A stretch of 32,000 nt of DNA from Thalassolituus sp. LLYu03. GTDB taxonomy: Bacteria > Pseudomonadota > Gammaproteobacteria > Pseudomonadales > Oceanobacteraceae. Both the position numbers and the translations under genes were made by a program. The notes beneath the pieces are model-generated. The model saw nothing but the letters and a program-made list of their open reading frames with translations, had not been told where the DNA came from and did not search any database. The DNA lies in contig NZ_CP191496.1 in the NCBI RefSeq assembly GCF_050507655.1, positions 2,833,022 through 2,865,021 of the forward strand, in the 5' to 3' direction. Positions 9,155 to 16,665 of this stretch are shown in pieces (the first letter of the stretch is position 1; each line of letters begins with the position of its first letter).

Positions 9155-10462
9155 TTACTCTCTGTGATAAGTAACGTTCTGATGAAATTCGGGATAACCA
9201 ATTTCATCGTGCTCGGTGAAATCCAGCCCCAGTTGTTCGTCCTGAGTGCTGGCCCTGAGCCCCATCAGACGATCAATCAGGAAGAAAACAATCAGCGCTA
9301 ACGGAAATGCCCAGAAAAAGGCCGATACAATGCCAATAATCTGCACCGCAATATGGGTGATGCTGAACATATCGTCACGCAGGAAAAGCCCGGCTGCCAG
9401 AGTCCCCCAGGCACCGGCAAAACCGTGCACAGGCACGGCGCCAACCACATCATCCAGACGGCGACGTTCCATCCAATAAGCACCATAAACTGCCAGCATG
9501 CCGGCAATAAATCCGGTCAGCGCCGCAAATTCGGGCGCCATACTGGCACAACCGGCGGTAATACCGACCAGTCCGGCGATACTGCCGTTTACCGTGGCCG
9601 TCAGCAGCACCGGCCGCCGGGTAATACGACTGAACACCAAAGCTCCTACGGCACCGGCAGCGGCAGCTAACTGAGTATTCAGAACAATCAGGCCTATATC
9701 GGCATTGGCAGCCAAGGTACTGCCGCCGTTAAAACCGAACCAGCCGAGCCAGAGAATAAATCCACCCAGTGCCACCAGCGACAGATTATGCCCGGGGATT
9801 GGACGGGCCTCGCCGGTCTTACGATCAAAACGTCCGGTACGCGGACCCAGCACAATGATGCCGGCCAGTGCACACCAGGCACCAATCGAATGCACCACTG
9901 TGGATCCGGCAAAATCAATAAAGCCGAGTTGCGCCAGCCAGCCACCGCCGCCATACAGGCCGCCCCACACCCAGCTGCCAAATACCGGATAAATAAAAGC
10001 GGTAATGAGACAGGCTGCGATCAGGTAAGCATCGTAACGGGTACGCTCGGCCATGGCGCCGCTGCAAATAGTTACGGCTGTTGCAGCAAACATGGTCTGA
10101 AACAGCAGCACTGTGTAATCCCAGGGTTGAATATCCGCAACCGTACTGGACGACAACGCAAAGTGGCTGTAGCCAAAAAATCCGGAAAAGTTTTCACCGA
10201 ACATCAGACCAAAACCCACCAGCCAGAAAATCAGCGTGCCCAGACAAACGTCCATGTAGTTTTTCATCATGACGTTCACCGCGTTTTTCGCCCGCGACAT
10301 GCCACTTTCCAGCAAGGCGAAACCCGCCTGCATAAAAAATACGAGCGCGGCCGTCATTACCACCCACATACTGTTGCTGTTCAGTTCTGCGTTGTCTGCC
10401 AGCGCAGGCGCACTGAGCAGCGTGCAGACGACAGCCAACTGGGCTTTGCTAATCCGGATCAT
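9155..10462 (-). CDS. amt: ammonium transporter (Amt family)
   Basis: ORF 9155..10492(-) trimmed to the ATG at 10462; the track start is a TTG lying inside the sigma-54 promoter. Signal-like N-terminus MIRISKAQLAVVCTLLSAPALA. Amt signatures: AALVFFMQAGFALLESG, DFAGSTVVHSIGAW and VPVHGFAGAWGTLAAGLF. Multiple TM segments. Confidence 0.9.
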   Translation of the reverse strand: MIRISKAQLAVVCTLLSAPALADNAELNSNSMWVVMTAALVFFMQAGFALLESGMSRAKNAVNVMMKNYMDVCLGTLIFWLVGFGLMFGENFSGFFGYSHFALSSSTVADIQPWDYTVLLFQTMFAATAVTICSGAMAERTRYDAYLIAACLITAFIYPVFGSWVWGGLYGGGGWLAQLGFIDFAGSTVVHSIGAWCALAGIIVLGPRTGRFDRKTGEARPIPGHNLSLVALGGFILWLGWFGFNGGSTLAANADIGLIVLNTQLAAAAGAVGALVFSRITRRPVLLTATVNGSIAGLVGITAGCASMAPEFAALTGFIAGMLAVYGAYWMERRRLDDVVGAVPVHGFAGAWGTLAAGLFLRDDMFSITHIAVQIIGIVSAFFWAFPLALIVFFLIDRLMGLRASTQDEQLGLDFTEHDEIGYPEFHQNVTYHRE

Positions 10463-10498
10463 GTACTCCCGCCTTATCGATAGACTTTTCAACAGCAG

Positions 10499-10514
10499 AG
10501 CAAAGGCTGTGCCA
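10499..10514 (-). promoter_or_regulatory. sigma-54 (RpoN) promoter for amt
   Basis: The minus strand reads TGGCACagcctTTGCT, an exact match to the -24/-12 consensus TGGCAC-N5-TTGC(A/T). It sits about 37 nt upstream of the amt ATG. Confidence 0.75.
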
Positions 10515-10577
10515 CGAAAAAAACACAGCCGCCGCTGCGCTTTCAGCCGAAACGACTACCCACTGCAGAATATTGAC

Positions 10578-10626
10578 GGCACCACGAACGTGCAGTGCCC
10601 GCTCACTTATGCACCAGCTTCAGGCT
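10578..10626. promoter_or_regulatory. NtrC-like enhancer sites upstream of the amt sigma-54 promoter
   Basis: GGCACCAcgaACGTGCA (10578..10594) matches 11 of 14 specified positions of TGCACCA-N3-TGGTGCA. TGCACCAgctTCAGGCT (10610..10626) has a perfect left half and a weak right half. The sites lie about 70-120 bp upstream of the -24/-12 element. Confidence 0.4.
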
Positions 10627-10695
10627 GGTCATGGCGGATTCGACACTGCTATATTGCAGTTATGGACGACTGCCCACGGAGGCCAGAGGCACTGC

Positions 10696-11283
10696 ATGTC
10701 CCTGATCGTTTTCGATATGGGGCGCCGGATTGAAACGCCGCTCCGCCCGGAACTCTTTCGCGTAAAAGCCATGCAGGCTACGGAGGCGCTTGCGCCTGTG
10801 CAGGCCGGTCATAATGACGCCGAAGGAAAAAACAGTTCCGGTCAGGGTTACCGTCAACAGGAAAAAGCCCCTGAAAGCGTGGCCTTTGTCGCCGACATCA
10901 TGACCACTCAGGTACGCACCCTCGGTGACCAGGCCAGTGCGGCTGATGCATGGGCAGTGCTGTCGTCGGAACGTTTCCACCATTTACCCATCACAGACAG
11001 CAACGGCCAGATACTCGCCATGCTGTCTGATCGCGACCTGATGCGGGCGCTGATCCGCAATCCGGCCGTACTTTCCCAACCTGCCCTGTCACTGGCCAAA
11101 CGTCCGGTGCTGTGCGTTCTGAAAAATACCGACATACGTCAGACCAGCCATATTCTGCACGCCTACGGCATAGGAGCCCTGCCGGTGGTTGGCGATGACC
11201 ATAAAACACTGGCGGGCATTATTACCCGCGGTGATCTGCTGCAATTACTCAGTCATTACGGTCCGATGGAGCTTTGGGCCTGA
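10696..11283 (+). CDS. CBS-domain-pair protein
   Basis: The C-terminal ~140 aa form two CBS repeats (VADIMTTQVRTL...HHLPITDSNGQILAMLSDRDLMRAL and ...GIGALPVVGDDHKTLAGIITRGDLLQLL). I chose the start at ATG 10696 (AGAGG 6 nt upstream). The longer track ORF from 10573 would run through the amt enhancer region, so the start is uncertain. Confidence 0.7.
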   Translation: MSLIVFDMGRRIETPLRPELFRVKAMQATEALAPVQAGHNDAEGKNSSGQGYRQQEKAPESVAFVADIMTTQVRTLGDQASAADAWAVLSSERFHHLPITDSNGQILAMLSDRDLMRALIRNPAVLSQPALSLAKRPVLCVLKNTDIRQTSHILHAYGIGALPVVGDDHKTLAGIITRGDLLQLLSHYGPMELWA

Positions 11284-11327
11284 CGCCTGTCTTTCGTCAG
11301 CCCTCATCCGGACTTAAGGAGCATGCC

Positions 11328-12704
11328 ATGAGCGAATCCATGGAACGACATTACGAACTGATTCACCCCAAAACCCACCTGCGGGTTTTATCCCGCTACG
11401 AAATTCAGATGCTGCGCGACGTCAGTAGCGACACGCACGAACTGGTGCGCCGCTGTTGTTACGCCGTACTCAGCGCCGGCAGCGTGAACGATGATTATCT
11501 GAATCTGGAAGAAGAATTCCGCGATTTTAATATCCGCGTTGAACAGGAAGACCGCGGTATTGTTCTGAGTCTGGTAAACCCGCCACAAAGCGCCTTTGTC
11601 GACGGTGAAATCATCCGCGGCGTGCGCGAACAATTATTTTCGGTGCTGCGTGACGTGCTGTACGCACAGGAATCGATTCTCAAGGCACACCGCTTTGATC
11701 TGAATAAAGGCGACGACATTACCAACGCGGTTTTCCACCTGCTGCGCAACGCCAACGTACTGAAACCCGACCGCTTACCGAATCTGGCCATCTGCTGGGG
11801 TGGACACTCCATTCCCCGTCACGAATACCAGTACACCAAAGACGTGGGTTATCAGCTCGGACTGAGAGGTCTGGACGTTGGCACCGGCTGCGGGCCGGGT
11901 GCGATGAAAGGCCCGATGAAAGGCTGCACGATCGGTCACGCCAAACAACACAACCGCAGCGGCCGCTACATAGGCATTACCGAGCCCGGCATTATCGCCA
12001 CCGAAGCGCCCAACCCGATTGTAAACGAGCTGATCATTTTGCCGGATATCGAAAAGCGTCTGGAAGCCTTTATCCGCCTCGCTCATGGCATTGTGATCTT
12101 CCCGGGTGGTCCTGGCACAGCAGAAGAACTGCTGTACCTGCTTGGTGTACTGTCGCACCCGGCGAATCAGAAAATTCCGTTTCCGGTGGTCATTACCGGG
12201 CCCAAAGAAACCGAAGGCTATTTGCGCGATATCGATAAATTCATCGGTGCGACACTCGGCGCCGAAGCGCAGGCACGTTACACCCTGGTCATAGACGATG
12301 CGGCAGAAGTCGCACGCCTGATGAAAAAAGGCATACGTAAGGTTGCCGACTACCGCAAAAATAACGATGACGCCTATTTCTTTAACTGGGCACTGACGAT
12401 TGACGAAGACTTTCAGCTGCCGTTTGACCCGACCCACGAAGAAATGGCCAGCCTGTGCCTAAGCCGCTCACTGCCGGGCCACAAACTGGCTGCCAATCTG
12501 CGAAGGGCATTTTCCGGTATCGTTGCCGGTAACGTTAAGCAGGTGGGTATTCAACGGGTTAAAGAATTTGGCCCTTATACCCTGCAGGGTGATATCGACA
12601 TCATGCAACAGATGGATGCCTTACTGAGCAGCATGGTGGACAAAGGACGTATGAAAATCAGCGGGAAATACGAACCTTGCTATCGGGTAAAAACAGGCGA
12701 CTGA
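11328..12704 (+). CDS. ppnN: nucleotide 5'-monophosphate nucleosidase PpnN (YgdH, LOG family)
   Basis: ATG at 11328 with AAGGAG 6 nt upstream, giving 458 aa. It appears collinear with E. coli PpnN as I recall it (LSRYEIQMLR, NPPQSAFVDGEIIRGVREQLFSVLRDVLY, ICWGGHSI, LOG-type PGGPGTAEEL). Confidence 0.85.
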   Translation: MSESMERHYELIHPKTHLRVLSRYEIQMLRDVSSDTHELVRRCCYAVLSAGSVNDDYLNLEEEFRDFNIRVEQEDRGIVLSLVNPPQSAFVDGEIIRGVREQLFSVLRDVLYAQESILKAHRFDLNKGDDITNAVFHLLRNANVLKPDRLPNLAICWGGHSIPRHEYQYTKDVGYQLGLRGLDVGTGCGPGAMKGPMKGCTIGHAKQHNRSGRYIGITEPGIIATEAPNPIVNELIILPDIEKRLEAFIRLAHGIVIFPGGPGTAEELLYLLGVLSHPANQKIPFPVVITGPKETEGYLRDIDKFIGATLGAEAQARYTLVIDDAAEVARLMKKGIRKVADYRKNNDDAYFFNWALTIDEDFQLPFDPTHEEMASLCLSRSLPGHKLAANLRRAFSGIVAGNVKQVGIQRVKEFGPYTLQGDIDIMQQMDALLSSMVDKGRMKISGKYEPCYRVKTGD

Positions 12705-12719
12705 GCGCCTGTTTTTACC
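12686..12719. terminator. bidirectional hairpin terminator overlapping the ppnN stop
   Basis: Perfect 14-bp stem GGTAAAAACAGGCG-actgag-CGCCTGTTTTTACC, between convergent genes. The ppnN TGA lies in the loop. Confidence 0.7.
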
Positions 12720-12728
12720 GTCTCCACA

Positions 12729-14477
12729 TCAGAAGCGGGACAGGTACTGGGTAATACCGGTTTCCTGATCTGCTTCAACCTCTCGGTGAATATTGTTCAT
12801 CGGCTCCACCACACCTTCACGGCCGCGGCTAAAACTCTGCTCATCAACAATGACTTTGTAGGCTTTATTCAGCAGCAGTGCACGTTCCGTTGATGGCATC
12901 AGCAGATAGCTGATATCGCCGGCCAAACGCGCAAACGCCTCAGGCTTTTCCGTACCGTCCTTGTTGAAGAACTTACTGAACACTTCGGTGTTGGTGCGGT
13001 ATTCATTGCCTGTCGGATTCTGGCGCAGGTAGAACGCATATTGTCCGGCACCATCCTCCCGCAGCGGGTCTGCAACACCGTCCAGACCTTTCTCCATCCA
13101 TGAATACCAACCGTGACGGAACTGCTCATCCCCCAGCTTCCACTGGAACGACAGGTTGGTATCTGCATGAGCGCCGATATTGCCGTGACAGCCCATGCAG
13201 AACATAGTCTCTTCATAGGTCTGCGGACGCAGCTGACCGGCATCATCTTCGATAAAGCCCTGATACACCCAGCCGTGCTGAGCATTCATACCGGCTTCCA
13301 TATTACCAATAATGGTTTTCGTTCTTTCGGGAAAATCGTGACGCTCTTTGAACTCAGCCTGACCAATCAGACGCAGGTCGTAGTAATCTTTCCAGGCCAG
13401 TTTGCGGCTGTAGCGCAGCTCTTTCATGCGCTTGGCCATCCGGGTTTTGTCACCATCAACGTCGATGTAACGCACGGAATGGACAAATTCAGTGCCTTCC
13501 GGAAACAGGCGGCCCGCAATATGAATGCTCCCGTCTTCCAGCGCCTGACGGGCCTCACCAACATAACTCATAAAGCGTTTCTTTAGGGGGGCCCAGTCGT
13601 AAACCACTTCAGTAGCAATATCGAGCCGGTCGTTTTTATTCAGGTCGACCTGCAGCAGCTTCTCATCCGTCGGTTCAATGGCAACGTTCTGCTGTTTGAT
13701 CATGGCCTCGACAATGGCAAGGTTAACCTTATACACCGAGGGGTCGTAGACGCCTTGTTCGTTCTTGCGGAAGGTGTCCGGCAAGCGGATCATCACGTCA
13801 TCGGTTGAGCCATTGGTCGGCAGAAAGGTGCCGAGAAACGGAAAGTACGCATACACGCGCCAGCCACTCAGCTGACCGTCCGGGCGAACATCAAAGCCAT
13901 CGGCGTTAAAATTAAAGTAGACATCCGGTGTATAACCATCCCACTGACCGTTTTTATTCCGGTCCCATTCTGGCGGAATACTTTTCATTTTTTCGGCCAG
14001 AATAATTCGGCTGTCTGACGTAAAGTAATTATCCTGACGAACGTAATTCAAAATGCTTTCGTCAGATATTTTTCCGATATCCGTGGTTCTGTCTTTGTAG
14101 ACATTGGTCCAGTAATTTTTCAGTGCAGTCTCTGGAAATCCGTAATTTTCCTGAACGTCAGTATCGTTCATAAAATTAGGTACTTTACTGATGGTATGGC
14201 AGGCATAGCACGGGTTGTGTGCCTCACCGACACCGTCGATAACATTGGTGTAGCACTGAGGTGGAATGTAGGCGACCTGATTGCCGGACATATCAGCTGT
14301 CAGATCCGTCAACGTTCCGAAAGTGATTTCACTCGTGCTTTGCTTCATCGGATTCACAGTTGCAACCTGATAAGCAGTGGAACCACTTTCCCCCTGCGCT
14401 TTCTGCGCCTCGCGAGCACCGTCACATCCAACAAGAGCAACAGTCAAAAGCAGAAAAGATGAGATAATTCGTTGCAT
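12729..14477 (-). CDS. uncharacterised di-haem c-type cytochrome lipoprotein (582 aa)
   Basis: ORF 12729..14546(-) trimmed to the ATG at 14477. Lipoprotein signal MQRIISSFLLLTVALVGC with Asp at +2. Two CxxCH haem-c attachment motifs, NPCYACHT and FCMGCHGN, about 337 residues apart. I cannot assign the rest to a family. Confidence 0.7.
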   Translation of the reverse strand: MQRIISSFLLLTVALVGCDGAREAQKAQGESGSTAYQVATVNPMKQSTSEITFGTLTDLTADMSGNQVAYIPPQCYTNVIDGVGEAHNPCYACHTISKVPNFMNDTDVQENYGFPETALKNYWTNVYKDRTTDIGKISDESILNYVRQDNYFTSDSRIILAEKMKSIPPEWDRNKNGQWDGYTPDVYFNFNADGFDVRPDGQLSGWRVYAYFPFLGTFLPTNGSTDDVMIRLPDTFRKNEQGVYDPSVYKVNLAIVEAMIKQQNVAIEPTDEKLLQVDLNKNDRLDIATEVVYDWAPLKKRFMSYVGEARQALEDGSIHIAGRLFPEGTEFVHSVRYIDVDGDKTRMAKRMKELRYSRKLAWKDYYDLRLIGQAEFKERHDFPERTKTIIGNMEAGMNAQHGWVYQGFIEDDAGQLRPQTYEETMFCMGCHGNIGAHADTNLSFQWKLGDEQFRHGWYSWMEKGLDGVADPLREDGAGQYAFYLRQNPTGNEYRTNTEVFSKFFNKDGTEKPEAFARLAGDISYLLMPSTERALLLNKAYKVIVDEQSFSRGREGVVEPMNNIHREVEADQETGITQYLSRF

Positions 14478-14507
14478 CTGTAAACCTTTCTCAAACACTA
14501 TTTTAAC

Positions 14508-14535
14508 CAAAAAAAGGACGGGCAAAGCCCGTCCT
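14508..14535 (-). terminator. rho-independent terminator between the PhoX-like and di-haem genes
   Basis: The minus strand reads AGGACGGGC-ttt-GCCCGTCCT followed by TTTTTTT. It starts 22 nt after the PhoX-like stop codon and ends about 30 nt before the next ATG. Confidence 0.7.
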
Positions 14536-14556
14536 TTCCGATCCATCCGTCACCAA

Positions 14557-16410
14557 TTACTTGGTAGAAATACCCGGGAATGGACCAATGTAACCGGTGT
14601 AAGCCATTGTCTCGCCAGCACCAGTATCTTTATCACCGTCAGATTCGCCATATGGATGCTGAACGACAGACATCAGGTAGGCCCAACCATTGATGTTCGG
14701 GTACCAGTATGGAGAAGTAGTTTCTGCACCGTATGGAGTGGTCTGAATTCGGGTCAGAGACTCAGTAGCGAAATCATAAGCCCAGATTACGTCATTCTGA
14801 TGACCAGAACCGGAATCTTCACCGATGATCAGCTTGTCGTAGCCTTCCATGTAAGTCACGTTGTCCGGGTTCGCCAGACCGTCGATATGGCACTTGTTGC
14901 TCTCGAAACCAGTTACCTGATCTACCGGGTTTGGACCATAGGAAGAACTGGTTGGCTTACCGGCGATAAGGCCATTAAAGTTCTGTGCAACGTATTCAGA
15001 ACCGATGGTGCTGTCGCTGGCCAGATCCAGAGCGTATACACCACCACACACGTTGAAACCATCCAGCTGCAGATCGTTGTTGCCACCTTTATCGTAAGAG
15101 GTGGAAGCAACACCGTCTTTCTTGAAGTTTTCCATACCGCGTTCGATTTCAGAGATACCAACGTACAGACGGTTACGTTTGCTGTCGAAGGTTACACCTT
15201 CTTCTTTACGCAGTTCGGTAGTGGCACCCAGCATGGCCGCATAGCGACGGGTTTCCAGACGGGAAGCTGCCTTTTCCATACCGGTTTTTAACTTCAGACA
15301 TTCCTGGCCAATGCCGTTGGCATTAATCGAGGTGTAGCCAGTAGGACATACGCCGTCGGTTGCGGATTCTGTGTCGAAAATATCAGCAAAGGTGGTGCCG
15401 TTATTAACGAAGGTTTTGATCTCTGCATCGGTAGCATGACCCAGGCTGATCCAGCTGAGGTTAAATTTGCCCTGACCTTCACCTGAAACCTGATCAAACT
15501 TAGCCGCGTAGGTAGTACCAGCGGTCAGATCACCGGCGGTATCGGCAACGTACATGTAGAAACCAACGTTGGTACCGTCATCGGTCATATAAGCAGTTTT
15601 GGAATCCGGCAGTACTTTAGCCAGCTCAAACGCCAGACGACCCATGGAATAATGCTTGGTCAGAGTAGTTTCTGCACTCTCATTGACAGCAACTTCAATA
15701 TTCCAACCATAGAAGTACGGATTCCAATCGTTTTCGTCCGTGTAGTAATCCAGTTGCTTGGCATAGTAAGAAGTGTTGGCAGCGAAGTCAGCCGGGGTCG
15801 CGTTAGTCTTAGCATCTGGCTCATATTCTTCAGAAGCCAGATGAGTCTGCCATGGAGTCACAGAGGCAGCACAGTGAACCCAGCCGCCATTAACGCCTGA
15901 CTGATCGATCTGCTTCATGTTTTTAACAGTCAGCTCACCGGTCTCAGAGTTCTGATTCAGTTCCATCAGGAACATGGCACCCGGAGTGGATTCCATCTGA
16001 GAAACAGAGAACAGCTTGCTGCCAACCTGCAGAAGAGATGTGTGTTCATTCGAGTTAGAAACACGAATAGAACCGTCGTCTTCCTGCAGTACGGTACCAG
16101 TCTGATCAACCAGCTGTCCGAAAATAACGCCGTTGTGATCTTCACCTGAACGCGCAAGCGTATGGTAAGAACCACCGAAAGTACCGTCACCCACAGTGGC
16201 TTCAGAAGCGAAAATTGCGCGTTTGTCCGCGTCGGTCTGAGGGGCTGCAACACCTGCAAAAGACAGTTCAGTACCAAAGGTTTTGGTGGTGTGATCGGCT
16301 GTTGTCAGATCTTTACCATCTTCGCCACCGCAGGCCGCCAGCATGGCAGTGATCGCGGAAACGGTAACCGCCTGCGCGAGGCGATTTTTTTCCAGAAATT
16401 TCATATCCAT
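14557..16410 (-). CDS. PhoX-family (DUF839) alkaline-phosphatase-like beta-propeller lipoprotein
   Basis: ORF trimmed to the ATG at 16410; the ATG at 16404 is equally possible. Lipoprotein signal MDMKFLEKNRLAQAVTVSAITAMLAAC. PhoX-like motifs: GGWVHCAASVTPWQTHLASEE (compare xNCAGGxTPWGTxLTCEE), NPDNVTYMEGYDKLIIGEDSG, and the C-terminal PYGAETTSPYW...MSVVQHPYG. Confidence 0.75.
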   Translation of the reverse strand: MDMKFLEKNRLAQAVTVSAITAMLAACGGEDGKDLTTADHTTKTFGTELSFAGVAAPQTDADKRAIFASEATVGDGTFGGSYHTLARSGEDHNGVIFGQLVDQTGTVLQEDDGSIRVSNSNEHTSLLQVGSKLFSVSQMESTPGAMFLMELNQNSETGELTVKNMKQIDQSGVNGGWVHCAASVTPWQTHLASEEYEPDAKTNATPADFAANTSYYAKQLDYYTDENDWNPYFYGWNIEVAVNESAETTLTKHYSMGRLAFELAKVLPDSKTAYMTDDGTNVGFYMYVADTAGDLTAGTTYAAKFDQVSGEGQGKFNLSWISLGHATDAEIKTFVNNGTTFADIFDTESATDGVCPTGYTSINANGIGQECLKLKTGMEKAASRLETRRYAAMLGATTELRKEEGVTFDSKRNRLYVGISEIERGMENFKKDGVASTSYDKGGNNDLQLDGFNVCGGVYALDLASDSTIGSEYVAQNFNGLIAGKPTSSSYGPNPVDQVTGFESNKCHIDGLANPDNVTYMEGYDKLIIGEDSGSGHQNDVIWAYDFATESLTRIQTTPYGAETTSPYWYPNINGWAYLMSVVQHPYGESDGDKDTGAGETMAYTGYIGPFPGISTK

Positions 16411-16466
16411 CTCTCTCTCGGTTTTAAAAGGGCTAACTTCCCGGCGAGCAAGACTAGAGTACGAAA

Positions 16467-16517
16467 ATGACAATCCGGGTTATTTTTTATTACAGAGAAA
16501 AGACATTGTTATTACAG
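16467..16517 (-). promoter_or_regulatory. phased Pho-box-like heptamer array upstream of the PhoX-like gene
   Basis: The minus strand reads CTGTAAT-aaca-ATGTCTT-ttct-CTGTAAT-aaaa-AATAACC-cgga-TTGTCAT. That is five heptamers in exact 11-bp register, three of them 6/7 matches to the PhoB half-site CTGTCAT. The array lies 57-107 nt upstream of the ATG. Confidence 0.5.
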
Positions 16518-16614
16518 ATATCAGCTAGATACCAGCCCCCGCAAACGCGCCTCCTGGCGGCGCTCAGACAATTAAAAGGAGGCGGTCAGACAATAGAAAG
16601 GCAAATGCCAGGCA

Positions 16615-16640
16615 ACAAAAAAGGAGCCGAAGCTCCTCTT
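16615..16640 (-). terminator. rho-independent terminator of the fumarase gene
   Basis: The minus strand reads AGGAGC-ttcg-GCTCCT followed by TTTTTTG, about 25 nt after the fumarase stop. Confidence 0.7.
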
Positions 16641-16665
16641 TTATTCAACCGCAGAAATCAGTGAA

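Noticed and set aside
9788-10483. 231-aa + strand ORF and other ORFs nested in the amt gene
   Set aside because: The amt frame encodes a complete multi-TM Amt protein. The nested frames have no start context and show biased composition.
10573-10695. N-terminal extension of the CBS-protein ORF
   Set aside because: The extension overlaps the NtrC-like sites and the promoter region of amt, has odd composition (MTAPRTCSARSLMHQLQAGHGGF), and a better RBS precedes the ATG at 10696.
14377-15291. 304-aa + strand ORF crossing the di-haem / PhoX-like gene boundary
   Set aside because: It runs antisense through a terminator hairpin and two well-supported genes, and it has no RBS.
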